Virus record (IMG/VR): IMGVR_UViG_3300005537_000027
Location: 1 to 61,990 of that record
Source: a virus
Lineage: Duplodnaviria > Caudoviricetes
Length of the DNA: 61,990 nucleotides
Direction: 5' to 3' (one strand)
The notes beneath the pieces were generated by a model. The model worked only from the letters and a program-made list of their open reading frames with translations. It had not been told where the DNA came from and made no database searches. Of this stretch, positions 47,264-56,019 are shown piece by piece. Numbering within the stretch: the stretch's first letter is position 1; every line of letters begins with the position of its first letter. A program made the position numbers and the translations under genes.

Positions 47264-47785
47264 GTGACATTCATCGCAGATGGTATCTCGCTCCCCCAGG
47301 CCAAGGCGGCACTGGCGCCGGGTCAACTCCCCGACAAGCCCTCGGAACTCATTCTGGTGGCCCTGGCGGACTTGGAAAAGGTCGAGGCCAGCGCCTGCTA
47401 TAGGGTGGACATGGGTGTTTATCACGAACCTGCCCAGAGGTATGAGGGCAGGTCTCTGCGTATCTCGGCCGAAGATATCAACGATGAACGCTGTCTCGTG
47501 TGCTTCGCCGGCAGCGTCATGGCCATGACCCTCGACGCTCCTTCCGACCAAAAGCTCTGGCCGGTGGACTTTGGTGATAACTCCGATAAGCTCGAAGCTC
47601 TGGACTCCTTCCGTTGTGGGGACCTGGAGAACGGGTTCATCGAACTCGGGATCGTCACGGAGGACAAGGGGATGCCCAACGACCTCCCCACCTGTCTGGA
47701 GATCTGCCCCTACGCCATCGAACCTGCGACGTTCAAAGCCGATATGCGGGATATGGCCCAGATGCTCGCCGAGGCGGGCTACTAA
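47264..47785 (+). CDS. hypothetical protein
   Basis: RBS AGGAGG; VDMG..H...CLVCFAG.VMA. Confidence 0.7.
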   Translation: MTFIADGISLPQAKAALAPGQLPDKPSELILVALADLEKVEASACYRVDMGVYHEPAQRYEGRSLRISAEDINDERCLVCFAGSVMAMTLDAPSDQKLWPVDFGDNSDKLEALDSFRCGDLENGFIELGIVTEDKGMPNDLPTCLEICPYAIEPATFKADMRDMAQMLAEAGY

Positions 47786-48021
47786 CCAGCGGGGGTTCAC
47801 CATGCTCAACCTCACGAACTTTGCAAGCGCGATCATCGCTTGGGAGCTGCTGGTGCTCCTGGTCGTGGGGGCCTGTCAGTTTTAGTCACACTTGCAGCCG
47901 TACCTTGGGGGATCTCGTGGACCTTACCATGAACTTTGCAGTTAAAGCGGCCATCGCCCGCCTATACCAAATCCAACTCTACCGAGCCACCCGGACTCGG
48001 CGTCAACAGGAGGTTAGTTTG

Positions 48022-48429
48022 ATGATTGCTGACAACATCACCCCGCTCGTGCCGAAGCCCCTGCTGCCCTACCAGGAGCTGCTCCTCCAGGCGGCGGACC
48101 TGATCGCCCTCAAGGGGTTGGCCAAGTGCACCCAGCAGGATGACGAAGGTCGGGTGTGCCTCCACGGCGCGCTCTCGATCGCCGACAGCGGCCAGCCCTA
48201 CACCGCCTCTCCCACCTACGGCAAGGCCTGCTACGCGGTGGCCAAGACACTGGTGGCGAAGGGCGTGGACAAGAACACGATCGGCTGTGGCCACGTCGAG
48301 GCCTACCCCGGCATGGCCTACTGGAACAACGCCTCCGAGCGGACCCAGGAGGAGGTGATCGAGACCCTCCGCGAAGCCGCCAGGGCGGATTACCCCGTGG
48401 AAGAACTGGAGTTCCCCCATGCCTTTTGA
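48022..48429 (+). CDS. DUF6197-like protein
   Basis: AADLI...G......G.VCLHGAL...WNN...RT.EEVI..LR.AA; RBS AGGAGG. Confidence 0.7.
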   Translation: MIADNITPLVPKPLLPYQELLLQAADLIALKGLAKCTQQDDEGRVCLHGALSIADSGQPYTASPTYGKACYAVAKTLVAKGVDKNTIGCGHVEAYPGMAYWNNASERTQEEVIETLREAARADYPVEELEFPHAF

Positions 48430-48808
48430 CTCAACCCCAGCCGCTCCGCTGGTCTGCCCTGCGTGGTTGACTGAGAGGGAGTTCCAGGCCCTGGTCAAGA
48501 CCCGCGATGCCCTCCGGACTGAGGACGCGATCGCGACTCTCTTCGACATGCGGGCGTTCGAGAGAGCTACTATCTGCGGCACAGCACAGTGCATTGGGGG
48601 CTGGATGACCAGCTTCATGGGCATCCTTGGTCCGGAGCGCGTGGAGGTCTGGGAAGACCCCAGGTTCAGCGTTCTGTTCAACTACGAACCTCGTGTCGGC
48701 TCCATCATCATCCCTGTGATGTATGCCACTGCAGCCCAAGCTGCGCAGGCCATCGACAATTACCTCTCTCACGGAGACCCGAGATGGAAGGAGGTGATGC
48801 ACGGGTAG
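48419..48808 (+). CDS. hypothetical protein (paralog of 55060..55434)
   Basis: FDM...CIGGWM...AT.AQAAQAIDNYL..GDP.W. Confidence 0.75.
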   Translation: MPFDSTPAAPLVCPAWLTEREFQALVKTRDALRTEDAIATLFDMRAFERATICGTAQCIGGWMTSFMGILGPERVEVWEDPRFSVLFNYEPRVGSIIIPVMYATAAQAAQAIDNYLSHGDPRWKEVMHG

Positions 48809-48907
48809 GGCTCGACCCACCCACCACAATTGAAAGCCCACAAGTACTCCTCACTACCTGCACCTTAGCCAGCCCAATTCCCGCTGGCGCCACTGAGGAG
48901 ACCAAAC

Positions 48908-49222
48908 ATGCGAGCCATCGTGATTAACTCCACCACTCGCCTCGTAATCGAGGTTAACATCCTGGGCGATCGTCAGTCCATTGCCAATGCAGTTGGCGGT
49001 AAGCCAAAGCTGGTTTGGAAACTCGCCAACGGAGATGTGGTGTTTGTTAGCGAAGAGGCGAACAAGAACCATGGCAAGCACTACTTCATTCTCCAGGATG
49101 TAGGATCTCCCTACGAGGGGAATGGTGTGGTGGTCGGAACGGACGAGCACGGGGACTTGGTAGACGCAGCCACCCCGCTACCGCGAGCCAAAGCCACCAC
49201 CACCTTTGTCACCAACTTATAG
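48908..49222 (+). CDS. hypothetical protein (DUF3846-like)
   Basis: I...VGG...GD..FV.EE...GNGVVVG.D..GD; RBS GAGGAG. Confidence 0.65.
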   Translation: MRAIVINSTTRLVIEVNILGDRQSIANAVGGKPKLVWKLANGDVVFVSEEANKNHGKHYFILQDVGSPYEGNGVVVGTDEHGDLVDAATPLPRAKATTTFVTNL

Positions 49223-49275
49223 GACGAAACGGGGCTATGCCCCGTCGCACCCTGCATGGGGTGCCTGATGAGTCC
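49222..49275 (+). ncRNA. hammerhead ribozyme, type II
   Basis: GGAC-GAAAC-GGGGC(tat)GCCCC-GTC^-GCACCC(tgcatg)GGGTGC-CTGATGA-GTCC: complete conserved core, three perfect stems, intergenic. Confidence 0.9.
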
Positions 49276-49292
49276 CAGGGAGGTCCCAGTCC

Positions 49293-49541
49293 ATGACATC
49301 GCCCCAGAATTTTGATGCTGCCACGGCGTCGGCCGAGGAGAAACAGCAGAAAGCCTGTGAGGAGATCATCGATCTCGGCATGAGGCTTAACAAGGAAGCC
49401 CAGATCGGAGCCCCTGCGTTTCTGCTCGGAGCGCTGCGCTTCCTGTGCCTCACCATCGACGTGCTTGAAGAGGACCACGCCGAGGTCGCCAACATCATCC
49501 GCCTCACCGCGGTACTCTCACTCGGAAAGGGAACGAAATGA
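49293..49541 (+). CDS. hypothetical helical protein
   Basis: RBS GGAGG; ATGA-coupled series. Confidence 0.65.
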   Translation: MTSPQNFDAATASAEEKQQKACEEIIDLGMRLNKEAQIGAPAFLLGALRFLCLTIDVLEEDHAEVANIIRLTAVLSLGKGTK

Positions 49542-49768
49542 CTCCAGCGCAAATAACCGCTGTCAACGACGCCTTTGACTTGCTCAAGGGCGCCACTAAC
49601 GGCAAGTCCACCGAGCTGCTCAAGCTCACCACCGCCATGGCTGTGGCAGCAATCCGCTGCTGCGCCGTCGAGGGCAGGGAGACCGAACTCGCCATCACGT
49701 TCGGCCTTAAGCTCTTCCAGTGCTTCGGCGTCCAAGACGAAGCCGAGAGCAAGGGGTCTGTCCAATGA
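49538..49768 (+). CDS. hypothetical helical protein
   Basis: ATGA overlaps at both ends. Confidence 0.65.
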   Translation: MTPAQITAVNDAFDLLKGATNGKSTELLKLTTAMAVAAIRCCAVEGRETELAITFGLKLFQCFGVQDEAESKGSVQ

Positions 49769-49989
49769 TCTCCCCGGAGCAGGGCAACGCCCTCATGAGC
49801 CAGATCGCCGAGATGTGCGATCATGATCCCAACACCATCCTCACGGTGTGCCTGGATCTCACCACCAGTTTCATCGACGTGTTTATGGTCGACGCTCCGG
49901 CCGAGGCCAAGCGCGAGATCGCGGAGGGGTTGGGCGCGAGCCTTCTCGCCTCCATCACCAGGGAGGATGCAGATGTCCGTAAGCAATGA
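49765..49989 (+). CDS. hypothetical helical protein
   Basis: ATGA overlap; resembles the next ORF. Confidence 0.65.
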   Translation: MISPEQGNALMSQIAEMCDHDPNTILTVCLDLTTSFIDVFMVDAPAEAKREIAEGLGASLLASITREDADVRKQ

Positions 49990-50224
49990 AGACGCCCAGG
50001 CGCTGTGTGAGCAGATCGCAAAGCTCTGCAACAACGACGGCGGCGAGGTCTTTGACCTTTTCTCGGACCTGATGGCGACGTTCATTGCTCAGCGCGTCTC
50101 CGGCGGTAAGGTCGAGCAGCAACTCGCAGTCCAGATCTTCCTCACCCAGCTTCGCCAGAAGCTCGGCCACGAGCCACCGGACCCGATGGTGATCCACCCC
50201 GCCCAGCCCCAGACCCAGCAATAG
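49973..50224 (+). CDS. hypothetical helical protein
   Basis: RBS GGAGG. Confidence 0.65.
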   Translation: MSVSNEDAQALCEQIAKLCNNDGGEVFDLFSDLMATFIAQRVSGGKVEQQLAVQIFLTQLRQKLGHEPPDPMVIHPAQPQTQQ

Positions 50225-50300
50225 CCCCAGCAGCACCTTCCCACGCACCTTAACCACAACTAACTTCCATGCACCTGCGGGTGCGGAGCCCAGACCACAA

Positions 50301-50717
50301 ATGGCACGGTTGACTTGTACTCTCGTTGGAATGCACTTCCGGCCTCCGGCCAAAGCCATCCTGGCGAATTTGCCAGCCGGTGCTCAGCTCGACCTAGTCC
50401 CTGAGCCCGACAATATGTACGACGAGCACGCTGTCAAGGTGGTGGTGGACCCTGGCGAGGTCCCCTCTACCCAATACGAAGAACTCGACAACGCCATGGC
50501 TGGACAAGGCCACGACTCTGCCGAGTTCCTCAAAGGTCCCCCGTTCCATCTGGGGTATATTGGTTCCAAGCCCGGTAGGAAAGGTCCCATGCCAGGGATC
50601 ACATACGCGCCGGATCTCGCCCCCGTCCTGGCCCAGGCGGATGACTACAAAGCCGAACTCGGGTTTGACCTGAGCGGCGACCCGATCGTCTACGTCACAA
50701 TCATGGCTCACGAGTAG
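50301..50717 (+). CDS. HIRAN domain protein
   Basis: LVGMHFR...L.LVPEPDN.YD.HAVKV...HLGYI. Confidence 0.85.
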   Translation: MARLTCTLVGMHFRPPAKAILANLPAGAQLDLVPEPDNMYDEHAVKVVVDPGEVPSTQYEELDNAMAGQGHDSAEFLKGPPFHLGYIGSKPGRKGPMPGITYAPDLAPVLAQADDYKAELGFDLSGDPIVYVTIMAHE

Positions 50718-50739
50718 CCAAACCAGGGAGCACATCGAA

Positions 50740-51600
50740 ATGGCTGAAAGTACCCGCCCGGACCTTGATCCGGTAGCACGCCTCACCCGCGACTTGCGCA
50801 ACGCTGCCAGAACCCTTTCGAGCGACGAGGCCAGATTTCTGGTCGACGCATACTACGCGATGCAACGAGACCGCATTCGCGCCGCCCACCAGGAACGGAC
50901 CCTCGCCGAGGGCTCCGAACCGCACGACACCATGCAGTGGTTGTTGGTGCAACGCGAGACCCTGGAAAAGCAGGTCGCTCGCGCGCTCGACGTCTACAGC
51001 AACGCGCATCCCGCTGGGGAATGGGCGCGGTCTATCTGCGGCATCGGCCCGATCATCGCGGCCGGGCTGCTGGCCCATATCGACATCACCAAAGCCCCCA
51101 GCGTCGGGCACATTTGGCGTTTCGCCGGCCTCGATCCCACGGTCAAGTGGGAGAAGGGTCAGAAGCGGCCCTGGAACGGTGCGCTCAAGCGTCTCTGCTG
51201 GCTCATCGGGGAGAGCTTCACCAAGGTCTCCTCGAACGAGAACGACACCTACGGGAAGATCTACAAGGCCCGGAAGGAACTCGAAACCCAGCGTAACGAG
51301 GCGGGGCATTACGCGGACCAAGCCAAGGCTGCCCTGGCCGCGAAGAAGTTCGGAGCGGACACGCAGGCCCGGAAACACTACGAGGCCGGCCGTCTCCCGC
51401 CGGCACGTATTCATCTCCGTGCGCAGCGGTATGCGGTGAAGCTCTTCCTCGCGCACTTCCACCATGTGTACTACGAGATCCACTTCGGCAAGGCTCCGCC
51501 GATGCCCTATATTTTCACCGCCGAGGCCGCGATCACCCACGGCCAGCACGTTCACTATATCGCGCCCCCGAACTGGCCGATCGCCCAAGCGGCGGAGTAG
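50740..51600 (+). CDS. tasA: TasA-like TIGR-associated protein (Nop/IS110 C-terminal fold, no nuclease domain)
   Basis: Coiled coil, then SI.GIGPIIAAGLL...IWRFAGLDP...WN..LK, A.RYAVKLFL; no N-terminal DEDD RuvC or HNH; a dual-repeat array starts ~10 nt after the stop. Confidence 0.85.
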   Translation: MAESTRPDLDPVARLTRDLRNAARTLSSDEARFLVDAYYAMQRDRIRAAHQERTLAEGSEPHDTMQWLLVQRETLEKQVARALDVYSNAHPAGEWARSICGIGPIIAAGLLAHIDITKAPSVGHIWRFAGLDPTVKWEKGQKRPWNGALKRLCWLIGESFTKVSSNENDTYGKIYKARKELETQRNEAGHYADQAKAALAAKKFGADTQARKHYEAGRLPPARIHLRAQRYAVKLFLAHFHHVYYEIHFGKAPPMPYIFTAEAAITHGQHVHYIAPPNWPIAQAAE

Positions 51601-51610
51601 CCCAGGCGCC

Positions 51611-53290
51611 CAGCCGGAAGGATGGAGTGTACCTACGAAGCTGAGCGAACCGCGATTCTGGAGTGTACCATAGCTGCCGAGTGAGCCTGCATATCTGAGT
51701 GTTCCGAGCTTCGCAAGTGAGCCAGCTAGGGGTTGATTGTACCGTGAAGTGGGAGCGAGCCGTTGAACTTGAGTGTACCACAGCTTGAGAGCGAGCCAAT
51801 GGAGTTGAGTGCACCAAAACATTGGAGCGAGTCGCCGTATTAGAGCGCACCGTGTACGAAGAGCGAGCCAGAACTTAAGAGTGTTCCGAAGTATGTGAGC
51901 GAGCCCGAACCCGTGAGTGTATCGAAATTGCCGAGCGAGCCTTAGGCATTGAGAGCGCCGTGCAAGTGGAGCGAGCCGTCGAGCAAGAGTGTACCATTGC
52001 AAAGGAGCGAACCGGGTGATTTGAGTGTACCCGCGTTGCGGAGTGAACCTTGAGACGGAGTGTGCCGTAGAGCTGAGTGAGCCGCAAGTTGTGAGAGTTC
52101 CGTTGGTAGCGAGCGAACCGAGCGTATGTGAGCACCGATATTGTAGAGTGAGCCATGTAGGTGTAGTGTACCACGCCACATGAGCGAGCCATTAATCTTG
52201 AGCGTTCCATTGTCAGGGAGCGAGCCGCTCGTAAGGAGTGTTCCGTATCGCGTGAGCGAGCCACTGGTTACGAGTGTACCGCGTTATGAGAGCGAGTCAT
52301 TTGTGATGAGTGTACCAAAACCTATGAACGAGCCATATGCTCAGAGCGCACCGTATCTAGAGAGCGAGCCATATGCTCAGAGTGTTCCGTTCCTCTTGAG
52401 CGAGCCATTGATCTGTAGTGTACCGTGGTATGAGAGCGAGCCTTTTGCCCAGAGCGCACCGTCATTTGCGAGCGAACCAAGCAGCATGAGCGCCCCGAAC
52501 GTGCTGAGTGAGACGAATAACTCGAGAGTACCGTAAAAAGGGATCGAGCCATGATCGTTGAGAGTACCATTGTGAATGAGCGAGCCAGCTTGTTAGAGAG
52601 TCCCGTATCCTGAGAGCGAGCCAACTTGCTAGAGTGTCCCATCACTGGCGAGCGAGCCTTAATTGCAGAGCGTACCGTAAAGTGTGATCGAGCCGTAGCT
52701 GTAGACGAGCGAACCACAAGCGCCGAGAGTACCATCATTGACGAGTGAGCCACCAGCGCTGAGTGTACCGTGACCCCGAAGCGAGCCCTATCAGCCACGA
52801 GTGTACCGTTGTCCGGGAGCGAACCATAACATATGAGCGTCCCGAAGCCTATGAGTGAGCCAACGGCAATGAGTGTGCCGTACCCTGTGAGCGAGCCGAA
52901 CACCGAGAGAGTACCAGCCCGCATGAGCGAGCCACTGTCCTTGGAGTGTACCATACCACGGGAGCGAGACAAACTGGTCGAGAGTACCGTGTCAAAGGAT
53001 CGAACCGAGAGTTTTGCGTGTACCGCTGTGCCTGAGTGAGCCGACAGCTTTGAGCATACCGAAACGCTTGAGCAAGCCGTTATGGCCGATTGTACCACTT
53101 CACCTGAGCGAGCCATGCTGTTCGAGTGTACCATTCCACGGGAGCGAGCCAGAACGTCCGAGCGTACCGTTCCATTTGAGCGAGCCATGATGTCCGAGAG
53201 CACCATTCCATCTGAGCGAGCCGTTATGTCCTAGCGTACCGTTCCGCCTGAGCGAACCTTCTTCGCCGAGAGCGCCATCTTCGCCGAGTC
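51611..53290 (+). repeat. TIGR-type guide RNA array, about 46 units of 36 nt
   Basis: Alternating 9-nt repeats GAGCGAGCC and GAGTGTACC separated by variable spacers, mostly 9 nt; I counted 46 GAGTGTACC-type repeats from 51625 to 53268. Confidence 0.93.
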
Positions 53291-53309
53291 ACCCCTACCG
53301 GAGCTAAGA

Positions 53310-54830
53310 ATGGATTTCACCCCAACCGACGAGCAAGCCGCAATAGTCCAGGCCGCGCTCACCACCACTGACTCGTTGATGGTTGTCTCTTACGCTGGGT
53401 GCACCAAGACCACAGCACTTAAGCTCGTGGCCAACGCCCTTCCACCGGGACCGGCTCTGGCCTTGGCCTTCAGCGTTCCTACCAAGAAGGAACTTGAGCG
53501 CCACTTCCCTGCCCATATCACGATCATGACCCTCAATGGGCTCGGCCATCGTGCCTGGGCTAAGGCCGTCAACAAGCCCCTTGTCGTGGACGACCGTAAG
53601 GTTGGGCGCCTTATCACTCGTGTCGCCCGAGAGGAGAGCTTCGATCTCTCCTCTGAGCAATGGACCGCAGTCCGTGCCCTGGTCAACAGCGCCCAGGTCA
53701 ACGGTCTTGTCCCTTCCTCCTACCCCCACAAGGGTCTCGTGGCAGACCGCCCAGAGATCTGGATGGACATGGCCGATATGCTGATGCTACCGGACGCCGA
53801 GCCCCTACTCCCGCTGGCCCGAGCCACCCTGGTCGCTGCCATCCAGGAGGCATTCCAGGGCACCATCTCCTACGCCGACCAGATCTACATGAGCGCGCTG
53901 TTCAACGGCGCCTTCCCCCGCTACCCGCTCGTCATGGTCGACGAAGCCCAAGACCTCTCCCCTCTCAACCACGTCCAGATCAAGCGCGCAGCGCTCGGCA
54001 GGCTCATCGTAGTGGGAGACCCCAAGCAGGCCATTTATGGCTGGCGCGGGGCAGACCACACCTCGATGGACACCCTGCGGACGCTCCGCAAGGACTGGAC
54101 TGACCTAGCGCTCACCCAGACCTTCCGATGCCCCTCGGAGGTGGTGGCCCGGCAGCAGGTTCACGCCCCTGGTTTCACCGCTGCCCCAAAGAACCCGGCC
54201 GGGCTTGTGCTGGAGTGGCACCATCAACACACCCCCTGGACCTGGGCCTTGGTGGACCAGCCCCGGAAGACCATCGGCGTGCTTTGCCGCAACAACGCCC
54301 CACTGCTCGGACTGGCCATGAAGCTCATCCGCCAGGGGGTAGGGTGCGTTATGGCAGGGCGGGACATCGGCAAGGGCCTTGTGGCTCTTGCCCGTAAAAT
54401 CGTTCCTGTGGACTCCATCCCCGCCGAGGAGTGCAAAGCCCTCATCAACCAATGGGCGGATGATGAGATCATCCTGGCCAAGGCCAACGACAAACTCGAA
54501 AAGGTCGCCGGGATCGAGGACCGCCGAGATTGCCTTCTGGTTGTGCTGGAAACTGGAGTGGCCGACGCGGGGACTCTCCGCAACATTCTCACGGACTTGT
54601 TCTCCCGTGAGGCCGGCCGAGTCACCCTTTCCAGCATCCACCGAGCCAAGGGCTTGGAATGGGACATCGTGGTTCACCTGGACCCGTGGCGTATCCCCTC
54701 CAAGCAGGCTCGCAAAGCCGCCCAGCTCGGCGACCAGCGCCCCCTCCAGCAGGAGTTGAACCTGCGCTACGTGTGCGAAACCCGAACCAAGCACACCCTT
54801 ATCCTGGCCAACCTGGAGGACTTCACATGA
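53310..54830 (+). CDS. UvrD/Rep-like superfamily 1 helicase
   Basis: PTDEQ, YAGCTKTT (variant Walker A), VDEAQD, VGDPKQAIYGWRGA, LTQTFRCP, LCRNNAPL, SIHRAKGLEW, YV..TR. Confidence 0.92.
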   Translation: MDFTPTDEQAAIVQAALTTTDSLMVVSYAGCTKTTALKLVANALPPGPALALAFSVPTKKELERHFPAHITIMTLNGLGHRAWAKAVNKPLVVDDRKVGRLITRVAREESFDLSSEQWTAVRALVNSAQVNGLVPSSYPHKGLVADRPEIWMDMADMLMLPDAEPLLPLARATLVAAIQEAFQGTISYADQIYMSALFNGAFPRYPLVMVDEAQDLSPLNHVQIKRAALGRLIVVGDPKQAIYGWRGADHTSMDTLRTLRKDWTDLALTQTFRCPSEVVARQQVHAPGFTAAPKNPAGLVLEWHHQHTPWTWALVDQPRKTIGVLCRNNAPLLGLAMKLIRQGVGCVMAGRDIGKGLVALARKIVPVDSIPAEECKALINQWADDEIILAKANDKLEKVAGIEDRRDCLLVVLETGVADAGTLRNILTDLFSREAGRVTLSSIHRAKGLEWDIVVHLDPWRIPSKQARKAAQLGDQRPLQQELNLRYVCETRTKHTLILANLEDFT

Positions 54831-55030
54831 GCGAGGAGATCAAGTACTTCGTCATCCAAGGCAATGATTTCCCGAGCAAGATTGTGCGGGGCACCGAGGC
54901 TCAGGTCAAGGCGCTCGTCGACAAGCTCGATGGGGATGAGATCGAGCGTGTGAAGGCGATAGGGGGGATGTATAACCGCTGTCGCATCTACTGGCGCTAC
55001 TATGAGTTTCTCGTGGAAGACTTGGCATAA
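54827..55030 (+). CDS. hypothetical protein
   Basis: ATGA coupling; RBS GGAGG. Confidence 0.6.
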   Translation: MSEEIKYFVIQGNDFPSKIVRGTEAQVKALVDKLDGDEIERVKAIGGMYNRCRIYWRYYEFLVEDLA

Positions 55031-55059
55031 GCCACCCTCCCTTTTAGCAAGGAGCAGCA

Positions 55060-55434
55060 ATGCAACACAATGCCATCCCGCGTACCTGGGCGCAGGAGCA
55101 CCTCGCCTCAGAGTACCTGGAGGTTCTTCTCCGCGTTCGGGACGATCTTGCCTCTGGCAAGATCCCAGCCTATCGGTTTGATATGGCTGTCTACGAGCGT
55201 ACCGTGTGGAAGTGGGGCCTTTTCCCAGTCAAAGCCCGTTGCATCGCTGGGTGGATGTCCCACTACGCTCGTGATCGCATCGGCGTCTGCACCTACGCCG
55301 CGCAACTCTACAAGAAGGAGGATCGGATCAGTTCCCTGTTCTACGGAACAAAAGTGGCCACAGTGGCCCAGGCAGTCCAAGCGATCGACAATTTCATCCA
55401 GTACGGCGATGCGTATTGGGATGCAGTAAATTAA
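55060..55434 (+). CDS. hypothetical protein (paralog of 48419..48808)
   Basis: FDM...CIAGWM...ATVAQAVQAIDNFI..GD..W; RBS AAGGAG. Confidence 0.75.
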   Translation: MQHNAIPRTWAQEHLASEYLEVLLRVRDDLASGKIPAYRFDMAVYERTVWKWGLFPVKARCIAGWMSHYARDRIGVCTYAAQLYKKEDRISSLFYGTKVATVAQAVQAIDNFIQYGDAYWDAVN

Positions 55435-55450
55435 CTCGGAGTACTCTACC

Positions 55451-55735
55451 ATGGCTCGCAAGTCCCCCACAATCGGTTCAGGCCGGTCCACCAAGCCCAA
55501 GTCCGACTATCGGTTTATCGACAAGGACCCGATCGTCGACATCCTCCGCACCATGATCGGAGGCAAACAGCCCAGAGGCACGATCGAGCGTCTTGCGGCC
55601 GAGGCCAGACTATCTCCATCGACAATCACCAAGCTCTTCTACGGGGACACCAAGCGTCCCCAGAACATGACGGTGGATGCCCTGCTGCGAGCCATGGGGT
55701 ATGAACGCCAAATCGTCAGGAAGGAGTCCGAGTGA
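55451..55735 (+). CDS. XRE-type HTH protein
   Basis: IERLAAEARLSPSTITKLFYGDTKRPQ..TV..LL.AMG. Confidence 0.8.
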   Translation: MARKSPTIGSGRSTKPKSDYRFIDKDPIVDILRTMIGGKQPRGTIERLAAEARLSPSTITKLFYGDTKRPQNMTVDALLRAMGYERQIVRKESE

Positions 55736-56019
55736 TGGCAGACATGAACTTCGACACCCTCCCAGCCCCGCACATGCGCCGAGCGGTGGAGGACTACATC
55801 TTCCGGGGTGCCCCTCCGGGAAGCTTCCTAACCGCCTTTCTCTGCAACGACTTGAGATGGGCCTGTGCCGAGGCCGACCACATCAACCAGCGGCTGATTT
55901 GGGAATGGTGTCACTGGTTCTGGAATAACGCCCCCCAAGGCTGTTGGGGGAGTCGCGAAAGCTTTTCCGCCTGGACAGCCGTGGGCGGTCTCACGGGGAA
56001 GGACCCACAAGATGACTGA
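55735..56019 (+). CDS. hypothetical phage protein
   Basis: Y...G..PGSFL.A.L.NDL..A...AD..N...AP..CWGS. Confidence 0.75.
   Translation: MADMNFDTLPAPHMRRAVEDYIFRGAPPGSFLTAFLCNDLRWACAEADHINQRLIWEWCHWFWNNAPQGCWGSRESFSAWTAVGGLTGKDPQDD

Noticed and set aside
50740-51600. IS110/IS116 transposase (insertion sequence)
   Set aside because: No N-terminal DEDD RuvC domain, no catalytic Ser loop, and a dual-repeat array follows; Tas fits better.
50701-53206. ORFs 50701..52179(-), 52180..52536(+), 52322..53206(-) and others over the array
   Set aside because: By-products of the 18/36-nt periodicity (SEP/SVP, ARS repeats); frames break at 8, 10 and 11-nt spacers.
51611-53290. CRISPR array
   Set aside because: Repeats are two alternating 9-mers with 9-nt spacers, not 23-50-nt repeats with ~30-nt spacers; no cas1/cas2 or effector genes seen.
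55451-55735. Lysogeny repressor implying a temperate prophage
   Set aside because: Single short HTH in a co-oriented operon; no peptidase domain, divergent cro or integrase seen.
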